Below are positions 1 to 11,782 of a DNA stretch of 64,000 nucleotides, one piece after another (the first letter of the stretch is position 1; each line of letters opens with the position of its first letter). The notes under the pieces are model-generated. The model saw only the letters and a program-made list of their open reading frames with translations, had not been told where the DNA came from and made no database searches. Both the position numbers and the translations under genes were made by a program. The stretch covers positions 27,714,001-27,778,000 of the forward strand of contig OX597822.1 of NCBI GenBank assembly GCA_951406725.2, written 5' to 3'. This DNA comes from Octopus vulgaris (taxonomy: Eukaryota).

Positions 1-146
1 TGAAGTTTGGGCAATATTTATCAAAAGAAAATTCAACGACCCCGAATTTGTCAAACAAAACCATACGGTTACGTCGGGAATTTCGCTGGTAGATGGAAAA
101 TGAGCGAAATCTTGCCGTACTGCACACTCACACACACACACACTGG

Positions 147-228
<82 letters not shown>
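147..228. repeat. (TAGA)n microsatellite
   Basis: Pure TAGA run; source of the spurious YLSI ORFs. Confidence 0.95.
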
Positions 229-229
<1 letters not shown>

Positions 230-980
230 ATAAATAAATATGCATGCATACACGTATGTAAATATTATGCATTCATGTATGTGTATGTTTCTCTTTCTCT
301 CTCCCCCTCTCACCCTCTCTATCCTTCTCTCACCCTCTTTATCTCTCTCTCAACCTCTATCTCTTTCTCCTTCTCTCTGTGCCTTTGTGTCTGTGTGTCT
401 GTTTATGTTGCCATGTAAATGGATGCAATGTATTTCAACACCAAGGTCCAATGGTATTTAAGTCGAACTGAACTAACTTCCTTTGCAGCCAATGGCTACT
501 TTGCATTTACTATCTTACGAAAACAATAAAATATGTACTAAGCAAAACACTGCAATCGATATATTTGAGTACAAACACACGGACTGTAATACTGCAGTAT
601 GGCTGTAAATTCTATGAGGAAATGGTATTAGTATTAACAAATATCAAATGATTCAAAAACGAAATTTCAAACTCAGAAAGGTGAAAAAGTCTAACCATAT
701 TTGTATATATAACTCTCATACCTTTGACTAATATAATGTGAAATGCTAGATGGAAATGTCTTGGACTGAATCTTTAACAATGATCCAAGCAGTATCTCTG
801 AAGTGTGTAAGGAACACTGCCTCCTCATCGAATATGCCATTATGAAAATAACATCCACCCATTAAAATAGTGTTATTTCGAAGCATTCATTTAGCATGTT
901 CTCACACACAAGAAAAATTTCTGTCCCGTAAATGTATTTCATAAGGACTGTAGTATCACAGTTCAATTCCTGTTAATATG

Positions 981-1205
981 TATATTTCTTTACTACCCAC
1001 AAGGGGATAAACACAGATGAGACAAACAAGGACAAACAAAGGGATTAAGTCGATTACATAGACCCCAGTGCGTAACTGGTACTTAATTTATCGACCCCGG
1101 AAGGATGAAAGGCAAAGTCGACCTCGGCGGAATTTGAACTCGGAACGTAACGGCAGACGAAATACGGCAACGCATTTCGCCCGGCGTGCTAACGTTTCTG
1201 CCAGC
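981..1205 (-). mobile_element. tRNA-derived SINE, family B (Nin/Deu-like central domain), with TSD
   Basis: Minus strand reads AGCTGGCAGAAACGTTAG (A box), GAGTTCAAATTCC (B box), GCCTTTCATCCTTCCGGGGTCGATAAA. A 14-bp target-site duplication TTCCTGTTAATATG lies at 967-980 and 1206-1219. Further copies occur in the window. Confidence 0.85.
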
Positions 1206-1374
1206 TTCCTGTTAATATGAGCATTGTGCACGCACCCAAATGTTGCGGAAACAGCGCACAAAGAAGTTAAAGTATGTTTAAAATGAAGAAATACAGGTGT
1301 GCATAAAATGGTTTCTGATTAATGAAAAAAATATAACATTTTCAGGAGAGGGAAAATAGTTGGTACAAGGAAAC

Positions 1375-1720
1375 CTAGTCCTTGAATGGAATGTCTATTG
1401 ATAATTTGTTGGTTCCAAATACTGAAAAGCAAAGCCGACCTCGGTGTGATTTGAACTCACGGTGGAAGGATTAACAGAAAAAAATTTTTCTGACGCTCTA
1501 GCGAATGTGCGAGCCCAGCATCTTTAAATAATTCAGTTTGTGACTTAGTTAAACAAATTCTAGGGAACCGATTATATGACTAAATTGACACCAGCAGTTG
1601 GTCAGCACATTAGTTCATCAACGCCGAAGGATGAAAGGCAAAAATTGAACTCGGAGGCATTTAAACTCATAAAGTGCTGGAACAAATGCTACAAGGAATT
1701 TTATCCCGTATTCTAACATA
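1375..1720 (-). mobile_element. Two degenerate family-B SINE fragments
   Basis: GCAAAGCCGACCTCGG..ATTTGAACTC and CCGAAGGATGAAAGGCAAAA..GAACTCGG match the 981-1205 SINE core. Confidence 0.55.
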
Positions 1721-1947
1721 TTCCCCGATTTGCTTTCTCTTGAGGCGTCTACAGAATATCACTTAGTTACATTAACGTATAGTTCTATAAGTATAGTTTT
1801 CATAAATTTGATGATGAGCCACTAGTGCGAAGTGCATTAGTTCTATTGTCACACGCTCATCAAGAAAAAAAAACAAAAGCAAACTGACCAGCGGGTTAAT
1901 ATTTTCAGGCAATTGTCATGTATGTATGTGTGTATGTGTGTGTGTGT

Positions 1948-1999
<52 letters not shown>

Positions 2000-2014
2000 T
2001 TTGTGTGTGTGTGT

Positions 2015-2137
2015 CATTTTATTTCCTCGTGTTCGTTTCTGTTGAAGAGTGTAGGCTAGAAACGTAAAATACTTTCTCACATTCCCGAGCGTCAAACTAA
2101 TACACATGTATTCGTCTTTTGCTTTTCTGTGAATTTC

Positions 2138-2140
<3 letters not shown>
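2015..2140 (+). mobile_element. Short PLE-like terminal element, family A, with variant hammerhead motif
   Basis: TTT-CTGTTGA-AGAGTGTAGGCTA-GAAAC-GTA-AAA at 2036-2069; homologous to 4925-5118, 5862-6090, 15356-15520 and 36662-36848; ends in (TA)n. Confidence 0.6.
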
Positions 2141-2367
<227 letters not shown>

Positions 2368-2376
2368 GTAGATATA

Positions 2377-2520
2377 TCAGAGAAAGCACATAAATGCGAA
2401 ACAAGGTGGAACAAAATAATACTCGAATACCGGAGGTAGAGTAATATGTTTTATTCAAAAAGCTGCAAAGGTATTACAAAAAGTGTTAGTTTCACTTCCC
2501 GTTCTTCAGACAGCTTTAGT
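2377..2520 (-). mobile_element. Short PLE-like element, family D, with partly deleted HHR
   Basis: Homologous to 23978-24185. Minus strand TGT-CTGAAGA-ACGGGAAGT-GAAAC-TA-ACA at 2484-2513, with stem III deleted. Confidence 0.55.
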
Positions 2521-3407
2521 TTTTTAACAGTATAGTTACATACATACATACATACAATATATATATATATATATATACATATATGAGTGTATGCATAATT
2601 GACATGAATATTCATGTATACGTAGGTAACTGAACGCTTAATGCATGTATGTCTAGTGCATATAATGTTGAAAGTACGGGCGTGTGTGAGAGTTCCCACC
2701 AGTTTGCACGTTGTCTGTCTTTTAGCAAGGCAATAAATTTCACGTCGCTCCTGTGGACTTGGGTGAAATAAATGAAACAAATTTACTGTGCTTAACCTTG
2801 CAGCTGATTATATAACGTTCAGAGTTTTGGCCAGTAAACTCAATCACTTACATACTTGGGTATCTAGTATACGCTCCAGCTTAATGAAACTGCAGAAATA
2901 AGGCCTAATAAGTATTAGAATGTTCATGCATGTATGTAGAGTGGGAGCTGGGTGTTTGCAGCATATATCACCTTCTACTTGAGATGTCATCTCGATGTAA
3001 CATTCAGAGAAAGGAATTTTAACCTTCACAAACGAGTCAAGTACTTTTCTGCGTAACAAAAAACGATGACATATATATGCATGCATATGTATATGTATTT
3101 AGTTGTGTGTCTTTGTATGTATGCATGTATGTGTGTATGTATATATCTATATATATATATATATGTGTGTGTGTATGTGTATGTGTGTATGTGTATGTGT
3201 GTGTGTGTATGTATATATATATATATATATATGAGTTAGCATATATATACGTAGACATATATATTAAGGTTTGTATGTGGATTCGTGTTTTAATTGGAAT
3301 AGTCTCTAAAAGATTTCTAACGTTGATTCTTCATACTTTACTTTGAATTTACTGATGTAAATTGGCGTTGATATGAAAGGTTATATAAGTGTATTAAGTA
3401 TTCAATT

Positions 3408-3633
3408 TAAGTTATAGAAAGAAGTTCCACAAATTCAATCATATTTTTCGTAAATGGAGGAGATTAGATGTTAATATGGAAAAAAATCATTTCGCTATAT
3501 GACCGTTTCGTCCAGAGAGACAATAAAATCATGTAAGAAATTAATAAAATATATTTTTGTTCCATATTAACGTCTAATCTCCTCCATTTATGAAAAATAT
3601 GATTGATTTTATCGAACTTCGTTCTATAACTTA
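3408..3633. repeat. Degenerate fold-back inverted repeat (~80-bp arms) with half-HHR spacer
   Basis: 3408-3488 is the reverse complement of 3553-3633. The spacer on the minus strand reads GTC..GAC-GAAAC-GG-TC-ATATA. Confidence 0.7.
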
Positions 3634-3664
3634 TGTCATATACTTAATATAATATATATATGAA

Positions 3665-3725
<61 letters not shown>

Positions 3726-3988
3726 AATTGAGGGAGATAAATTAATATTAATTTTAATATCAATTTAAAACCAGTAGTCCAGCATTCAGAAAATCTGAGG
3801 AGTCAGAGAAAATTCAAATATATGTGTATATTGGTAGGGCTGGCCTGCTAGGTAGCCGGCCAGAATGCTAGAAATAGATAATAAACGATCAAACTACAAG
3901 GGAAATTCTCTAGAGGAAGAATTCAGCGAACACCAGAACCAAATTTGGCGGGCAGGACATATGAAAAATTAAATAAAAAACAGACTTA

Positions 3989-4064
3989 AATGCATACCTC
4001 GGTTTCGGTCTTAACAAAAGAATTACTTGCATAATTCAAGTGTCCGTGACTTCTTCAGTACATT
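3989..4064 (-). ncRNA. Type I hammerhead ribozyme (mirror copy in left arm)
   Basis: Reverse-complement copy of 4400-4475. Confidence 0.75.
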
Positions 4065-4399
4065 CGGTCCTCGAGATGCAAACTGAAAGACTAACCCCAG
4101 CTCTCTGTGTCAAGACAGACACCTGCTTAGTCTTACTGATTACATCGGGAATAAAATTTCAAATGTCTTGGTTCCGGCGCGCTAAGAGACTCCTGAAGCG
4201 AAGGGCTGCAGTGAATAATTCACTGTATGCTTTACCCGCTGTGAATGATTCACTGCAGCCCTTCGCTTCAGGAGTCTCTTAGCGCGCCGGAACCAAGACA
4301 TTTGAAATTTTATTCCCGATGTAATCAGTAAGACTAAGCACGTGTCTGTCTTGACACAGAGAGCTGGGGTTAGTCTTGCGGTTTGCATCTCGAGGACCG

Positions 4400-4475
4400 A
4401 ATGTACTGAAGAAGTCACGGACACTTGAATTATGCAACTAATTCTTTTGTTAAGACCGAAACCGAGGTATGCATT
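4400..4475 (+). ncRNA. Type I hammerhead ribozyme (predicted)
   Basis: Stem I AATGTA/TGCATT, core CTGAAGA, A-GTC...GAC-C, GAAA, stem III CC-GA-GG, cleavage triplet GUA (after 4469). Confidence 0.75.
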
Positions 4476-4632
4476 TAAGTCTGTTTTTTATTTAATTTTT
4501 CATATGTCCTGCCCGCCAAATTTGGTTCTGGTGTTCGCTGAATTCTTCCTCTAGAGAATTTCCCTTGTAGTTTGATCGTTTATGATCTATTTCTAGCATT
4601 CTGGCCGGCTACCTAGCAGGCCAGCCCTGCCA

Positions 4633-4680
<48 letters not shown>

Positions 4681-4682
4681 TA

Positions 4683-4796
<114 letters not shown>

Positions 4797-4924
4797 ATAT
4801 ATACATATACATATACATGCAGACATACATGCATATATATGTGTGTTTTTGTGTGTGCGTGTGTATGTGTGTGTCTGTGTGTGTTATACGCCTATAACTC
4901 TACCGTTTGGTTTTTTTTTTTGTG

Positions 4925-5118
4925 AATTCACAAAAAAAAAAAAGACCAAGACAGGTGGTGTAGACGACAAATAGATATATTATTATAACGCTCGGAATGT
5001 GAAAAAGTCTTTAACGTTTCGAGCCTACGTTCTTCCACACAAAGGAAACAGAATGAAACAAGGAGAGAAAATAAAGAATGTGTAGAGGCTAGCGATCTAT
5101 CAATGCGAATGCCGGACA
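4925..5118 (-). mobile_element. Family A PLE-like short element
   Basis: Minus strand GAAGAACGTAGGCTCGAAACGTTAAAGAC; short terminal fold-back centred on GTGAATTCAC at ~4925. Confidence 0.6.
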
Positions 5119-5131
5119 ATATCTATATATC

Positions 5132-5171
<40 letters not shown>

Positions 5172-5571
5172 AATACAATACAATACAATATATATATATA
5201 TATATGCTATGTTACAAATCGTTATAAGGAGTAATGTTGATAATATACATACGTACGTACTTATGTATATATGCGGGAATGTATGTATGTATATGCATTT
5301 GAGTATATAAATGTACGTATGTGTGCAGGTGGAGTAATGTTAGCCAATCGATTCGATGAGTAAAGTTGACATCTTTCGTATTGAATTTTTCTTTTCCCTC
5401 TCTTCTCTCTCTCTAGATTCGATTAAATGAGTGTGATTGTTTCCGCTAGGTAGATGCATTGAAGAAACTAAAAGCTATAAACTTGGGGCAAAAGAAACAC
5501 AGAAATATATAAAATAATACTATAATCAAGCAAAAGATTTACTCACGATCTGATATAATAAAAATTGTTTA

Positions 5572-5782
5572 AATTTTGGCGAAAGACAAGCAATTTCGGT
5601 GGAGGGAGTAAGTAGATTACATAAATCACAGTACTCAAATGATACTTACTTTATCGGCCCCGAAAAGATGAATGGCAAGTCGATATCGGTAGGATTTGAA
5701 CTCCGGAATTAAAAAAAAAAGAGACGAACTACTGCGAACTTTCGTATCTGCAGTGCTAACGATTCTGCCGGCTCACAGCGTT
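5572..5782 (-). mobile_element. Family-B SINE, degenerate
   Basis: CCCCGAAAAGATGAATGGCAAGTCGA..GGATTTGAACTC..GCTAACGATTCTGCCGGCTC. Confidence 0.7.
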
Positions 5783-5861
5783 ATAGAGGTATTTCAATGA
5801 TTGGTTGGGTGAATGGACGGATGGATGGTTGGATGGAATGGATGTATACATCCGTATATAT

Positions 5862-6090
5862 ATAGGGAGAGTTTACCAAAAATACAAAAGACGAAGACAG
5901 GTGGTGTACAAAACAAACAGATGTATTAGTATAACGCTCAGGAATAAAAAAAAAAGTCTTTTATGTTTCGAGCCTACGCTCTTGTACAGAAAGGGACACA
6001 GAAAAACAAGGAGAGAGACAAGGAGAGAAAAAAAGGAGAGAAACAAGGAGAGAAAAATGTTTGTAGTGGCTAACAATCTAACATGGCGAT
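5862..6090 (-). mobile_element. Family A PLE-like short element
   Basis: Minus strand CTTTCTGTACAAGAGCGTAGGCTCGAAACATAAAAG; homologous to the other family A copies. Confidence 0.6.
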
Positions 6091-6275
6091 ATCTATCAAT
6101 TACACACATAGACATACATTTACGCATACACATACATACAGATATATTAGATATATGTGCGTGTGTACGAGAGAGAGAGAGAGAGAGAGAGTATTTAAAG
6201 CGAGCGAGGTATTAAATGACGTCAATGGAAAAGTGACTTTAAGGTAAATATGGAATATATAAAGCATGGTTGGCA

Positions 6276-6345
<70 letters not shown>

Positions 6346-6438
6346 GGAAATGAAGAAAATGCTGACAAATAATTGAAGTAATTTAAGTAATTTAATTAGG
6401 TGAAAGTTCTTTTTACCGGTTGCGCATTTGTTATGCTT

Positions 6439-6504
<66 letters not shown>

Positions 6505-6584
6505 CACATATATATATAAATATATGTATGTGCACACTAAGTCTCTGAGAGAGAGAGAGAGGAATAAAGGAAGAATATATTAGC

Positions 6585-6618
<34 letters not shown>

Positions 6619-6822
6619 TAATTAGTTGCAGACAAAGTGTGAATGACCAATCAGGACTGAATGTATTATAATCTGTTTGTTAAGTATTCTGGCAGTGGGC
6701 TTTAAACAATGGTGATCATAACTATGGCGAATGCCGTTGCTATGGAAGCACTGGTCGAGCTTAGAATTGTTAACGGACTTTGGTAATAGTAGCAGAAACT
6801 GGAGCGGTGGCAGTAAAACAGA

Positions 6823-6830
6823 TAATAATG

Positions 6831-6915
<85 letters not shown>

Positions 6916-6925
6916 CAACAAAAAT
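6823..6925. repeat. (TAA)n microsatellite
   Basis: Direct reading. Confidence 0.95.
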
Positions 6926-6929
6926 AATG

Positions 6930-7862
6930 ATAAAATTAGCTAGTAGATGGGAACAGAAACCTCTGCATGGCAAGTATGTGGCCCGTAGCAAACAAGTTGA
7001 TGTCGACACACGCATAAATGGTTACGAAGCTCAGGGCTAAAAGCAGAGAGTGAAGGTTCCATATTGGCTGCTTAAGACCAAAGCTTATTAACCCGGAACT
7101 ACCAAGCCAATGTGATAAAAAATGGAGCTGACCCTATATGCTGATTCTGTAACGATGAGATTGAAACTATAGACCACATAATCTCTGGGTGTAGAGTCTT
7201 AGCACCTGCAGAATATAAAGCAAGACGTGACAGAGTTGGCCAGTATTTACAATGAAAAATATGTCGGCATTATAAAATCAAAACCTCTGACAAAGGGTAT
7301 AAACACCATCCTGAAGCTGTGACTGAGGGAGATTCTATGGGACTTGCCTGTATACACCGACAAAACTATAAAAGCTAATACACTGGATATTATTATAAAA
7401 GATCAGAGAAAAAAGGTGTGTTTATTAATTGATATGAGTATTCCTTGCGATCACAATATAGCGGCGAAGGAATTTGGCAAGATCAGTAAATATAAAGACT
7501 TGACAATAGAAATTGAATAAATGTGGCATCTCAAGGCGACTACACTACCAGTGATTGTAGGATCTCTAGGAATGATAAAAAAAAAAGGTACTGAAACCTA
7601 TTTGAAAATGATACCAGGCTTACAATCCCTACAGGAAGTGCAAAAATCGTGTTAACTGGAACGGCTCATGTACTGAGAAGAGCATTATCGATGTGAAATA
7701 AACAACCATCCATGAATTTCTTTCTTTATTGTTTTTTTTTAATACATACTTTACCTGTGAATTTGTTTGCGTAATCTGGGAATGCATGCAACGAATTTCT
7801 CTGCCCTAGGTGTACGGAAAACACTCGGCGGGAAACGGAAGAAAATTTGAAGAAAGAAAGAA
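6930..7862 (+). mobile_element. R4/Dong-clade non-LTR retrotransposon, 5'-truncated and decayed (CCHC knuckle + RLE endonuclease + 3' UTR)
   Basis: Translates with stops and frameshifts as WEQKPLHGKY..WLRSSGLKAESEG..C.FC...ETIDHIISGC..Y.ARRD.VG..ILWD..TDKTIKAN..DIII..LID..IP..K..KYKDL..PVIVGSLG..TAHVLRRAL*. Flanked on both sides by (TAA)n, the known Dong target. Confidence 0.88.
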
Positions 7863-7927
<65 letters not shown>

Positions 7928-7944
7928 TAATAATAATAATAATA

Positions 7945-8427
7945 TTGTTCTGTCTTGGTATAAAAGATGGGCTACAGCAAATATTCTGCTCAATACCACA
8001 GATTTGCTTGTCAGTTGTTTGACCTTAACCAGTTGAGCATGTCCCTTAGTGGCTGACAATACGTGCATCTCTGATCACGAGCAGAAGTAGTGGGGGAGCA
8101 TCATGGCCATGTGTTGAGAGGGATTCTTTGGAGTTTGAATAATTCACCTCTGGAAACATAGGTGTTTCGTTCAACATCCTAAAGCAACCCTTATTCAGGG
8201 ACCTTTTGAGCGGGATGGGCTACTCAACCTGAAGAAAATTCTAACTGGGCCCCACCTGCAAGGTCATGTGCTGTTTATCTTGATATGAGATCACCATGTC
8301 GCGCACATATGGTTGTGATGCATGTGCCTGGTGTACCTTTATCAGACGGGTAGTCATGATGGGTATATTGGGCTTCGTATATTTTACCCCAGTGTCACTT
8401 TGATGGCATGAACTGCTCTCTCACTCA
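7945..8427 (+). mobile_element. Non-coding insert between (TAA)n tracts, probably the 3' UTR of a TAA-targeting retroelement
   Basis: ~480 bp of complex, relatively GC-rich sequence bounded exactly by (TAA)n; ends CTCTCTCACTC-AATAATAAT; no ORF recognised. Confidence 0.45.
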
Positions 8428-8556
8428 ATAATAATAATAATAATAATAATAATGTCGATGATGATGTTAATGGCTATGATGATCATGGTGACCATGATGA
8501 TAATGCTGATACTACTACTACTACTACTACTACTACAACTACTATTACTATTACAA

Positions 8557-8823
8557 AGCACAAGTCCGGGAAGATTGTTTTTATGGAAGAAAAGCAATTT
8601 CCCATGCATATCAGCCTCCTCTCTCCACCCCACTGATGGTATCCAAGGGAAATTCATAGACTGATACAGCTTGGCAACAGTGACATCACAACTCATTGCT
8701 ACAGCTGAGTGAACTGGAGCAACGTGAAATAAAGTGTCTTGCTCAAGAACAAAACACGGGAATCGAATGCACTTCCTCATAATCGTGAGCCAGACGCACT
8801 AACCACTGACCCATGCGCCTTCA
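8557..8823 (-). mobile_element. tRNA-derived CORE-like SINE, family C
   Basis: Minus strand GAAGGCGCATGGGTCAGTGGTTAG..CTTGAGCAAGACACTTTATTTCACGTTGCTCCAGTTCACTCAGCTGTAG; homologous to 41666-42003. Confidence 0.8.
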
Positions 8824-8925
8824 CTATGTGTATGTATGTATGTATGTATGTATGTATGTATGTATGTATGTATGTATGCATGTATGCGCGCGCGTGTGTG
8901 TATGGGTGTGTAAATATCGATAGAC

Positions 8926-8993
<68 letters not shown>

Positions 8994-9250
8994 GGATAGA
9001 TACGTGCACTTGGAAATGTCTATGTATATAGCGGAAGTACCTCAAATAAGTTTAAACGCAGATATTATAATCACACTTGTAGCTTTACGGCTAGGACTAA
9101 AGCTAATTTTACATGTTCCATTAGTTTGTGTAGATGATTGCTATTAATTGCTATGAAATTGCTTAATCCATTATATGCAAAAGCAAACCCATAAAGTTAG
9201 TAATGATATCTGTAATTTGTGTATATCTAAAACTTATATTAAATAATCTA

Positions 9251-9582
9251 GGAGGCGCAATGGCCCAGTGGTTAGGGCAGCGGACTCGCGGTCGTAGGAT
9301 CGCGGTTTCGATTCCCAGACCGGGCGTTGTGAGTGTTTATTGAGCGAAAACACCTAAAAGCTCCACGAGGCTCCGGCAGGGGGTGGTGGTGATCCCTGCT
9401 GTATTTCAAAGGGCCGGCCTTGTCACTCTCTGTGTCACGCTGAATATCCCCGAGATCTACACGTTAAGGGTACACGTGTCTGTGGAGTGCTCAGCCACTT
9501 ACACGTTAATTTCACGAGCAGGCTGTTCCGTTGGTCGGATCAACCGGAACCCTCATCGCCGTAACCGACGGAGTGCTTCCAC
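9251..9582 (+). mobile_element. tRNA-derived SINE, family D, with TSD
   Basis: A box TGGCCCAGTGG, B box GTTTCGATTCC; TSD ATTAAATAATYTAG at 9238-9251 and 9583-9596. Confidence 0.85.
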
Positions 9583-10565
9583 ATTAAATAATTTAGTGGA
9601 AATAAAATGAATTAATCAAAGATTTACTGTGATAAAACGATGTCCACAAATTTGCTGCACAACCTTCTTACACAATACTAAAAATTAACGATTTAGCTTT
9701 AACCTAAATGCATTAATAATATTATTACTACTAGTCAACCCACGCAAATTAGTATAGCTTGTATTGTTCAGTGTTTCTGTATTTCTACCTTGCTAAGTCC
9801 GGACTCTGTTGATTTTGATTGGCAATTCAACATTACCTCACTGAGATAGTAATGATAAATGTGATTAGTGCATATCTTTAATCTGTGAAGTAATTAGCTG
9901 TAAATCTCTTCTCATAAATTATTCATACGATATTCACAAACGTACCGCTGGTCCTCCCTATATTATACTAACTCTTAAACTAATTGCGATAATTCTACTG
10001 CGCTAATATTACTACATGTTAACTCTAAAATATTGTCCCCGCAATTTATTCCTAGATTTATGTTTCCCATACTTTATTTTATTTCGCTATATCTGTAATA
10101 TGCAGCCTTAATTATAGATTAGTGTATTATAACTTTTAGGATTGATAGTGGAGTAGCTTGTCAGGGTATAAATCGTTGTATGTTTGCACGTGAATATCAT
10201 CTATCTATGCATGCATATGGATATGTATGATTGTATATATACACAAATTATGGTATCAGTTGATTTGACCACATGACATAATGATGGAATTCTATTCGTT
10301 ATGAAATTACTATTTTGATATAAATATTTTGTATGTGAACTACAGTGTGTGTGCGTGTATGCGAAGGTATGTGTAAATAGGGCCTGAGAATATTCGTATG
10401 AGGTATATGTATATGTTGATACCGTTACCTTGGTATGATATTTCTGTATTACTTAATCAGCCGTGCGTGAAATTCCAACACATTAGGCCACTTTGCTAGG
10501 CACCCAGTAAATCTACTAAAACATGATGTCTTTAACAAATTTGGCCTCGTATCTTGACATAGAAA

Positions 10566-10919
10566 CCTTTAGTCGAGCAAATCGACCCCGGGACTTATTC
10601 TTTGTAAGCCCAGTACTTATTCTATCGGTCTCTTATGCTGAACCGCTAAGTTACGGGGACGTAAACACACCAGCATCGGTTGTCAAGCAATGCTAGGGGG
10701 ACAAACACAGACTCACAAACACACATACATACACATATATATATACATATATACGACAGGCTTCTTTCAGTTTCCGTCTACCAAATCCACTCACAAGGCA
10801 TTGGTCGGCCCGGGGCTATAGCAGAAGACACTTGCCCAAGATGCCACGCAGTGGGACTGAACCCGGAACCATGTGGTTGGTTAGCAAGCTACTTACCACA
10901 CAGCCACTCCTGCGCCTAT
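10566..10919 (-). mobile_element. tRNA-derived SINE, family E (3'-truncated)
   Basis: Minus strand GGAGTGGCTGTGTGGTAAG..GGTTCAGTCCCAC; near-identical to 25561-25972. Confidence 0.85.
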
Positions 10920-11619
10920 AAAACATTTTTTCCCTTAAAATAAGTCAAATTTTATTATGATGGAATATTTAGATTTTCTGATAGATGAGCAAATGTCATT
11001 ATTAATAATGGAAATTATTTCATTCAATAAAATTTACTGAAAGGTGAATTATTTATATCCCTTTTTGCATATTAAAAACTCACCGTACAACCCAATATAT
11101 AAATATTCATACAGTTAATATTATTTTACTTTCAGCTCATATGACTGAATATTCAGTTCCTCAGCTATTGACTCTCACTAACGAGACCCGTGAATATTTC
11201 AGGAATTAATGGTAAACCTACTGGATTATTTCTGAAATGTTTATCAAATAAAACTGAAAATGTAGCCTGTGTTTTGTCTCTACGGAAAGATAGTCGCTCA
11301 TCTGCTATTCATTGAAAAGTGTAAGATATTGGAATACGATGATTACTTAATGCATTTTACATATACACTTCATATACTTTACGCACAATTTTATAGACTT
11401 GATACACAGCACTCATAAAATATATATTCACTCTTATTTTTCCATTTTTTCCCTTAAAGAAAAAAATATCCCGTACATATGATACAACCTTTAGTTAAAT
11501 TGCATACATCTGCCGCGTAATTAAACGTGAATATTTCACGAATTTGCACTTACGCGCATGCATTAACTGACGGATGATGTAAAAAAAATTAGTTCAATTT
11601 TAAAAAATACACTTTTCAT

Positions 11620-11782
11620 TACCCAATCACTAACACCACGTCCATCTCCACCACCACCATCACTGCCTCCATCTCCAACACCACCTCTCCATCTCCACCA
11701 CCATTCACCACCACCACCATCACCACTATCACCTCCATCTCTACCACCAGCACCAAGACCAGCACCACCACCATCACCAGCT
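11620..11782. repeat. Degenerate (CCA/CAT) trinucleotide repeat
   Basis: Direct reading. Confidence 0.8.

Larger units (their letters stand above)
3722..4639. mobile_element. Fold-back Penelope-like non-coding element: ~400-bp arm palindrome between (TA)n tracts
   Basis: 3825-4223 is the reverse complement of 4241-4639 (about 7 mismatches by eye, 17-nt loop). Each arm holds an HHR. The unpaired end 3722-3824 has a homolog at ~20795-20880. Confidence 0.8.

Noticed and set aside
4040-4424. Two near-identical 80-aa ORFs on opposite strands
   Set aside because: Consequence of the palindrome; no recognisable protein motif.
9251-9325. tRNA gene (also at 41666-41740)
   Set aside because: A/B boxes are present, but they continue into repeated bodies with TSDs, so these are SINE heads.
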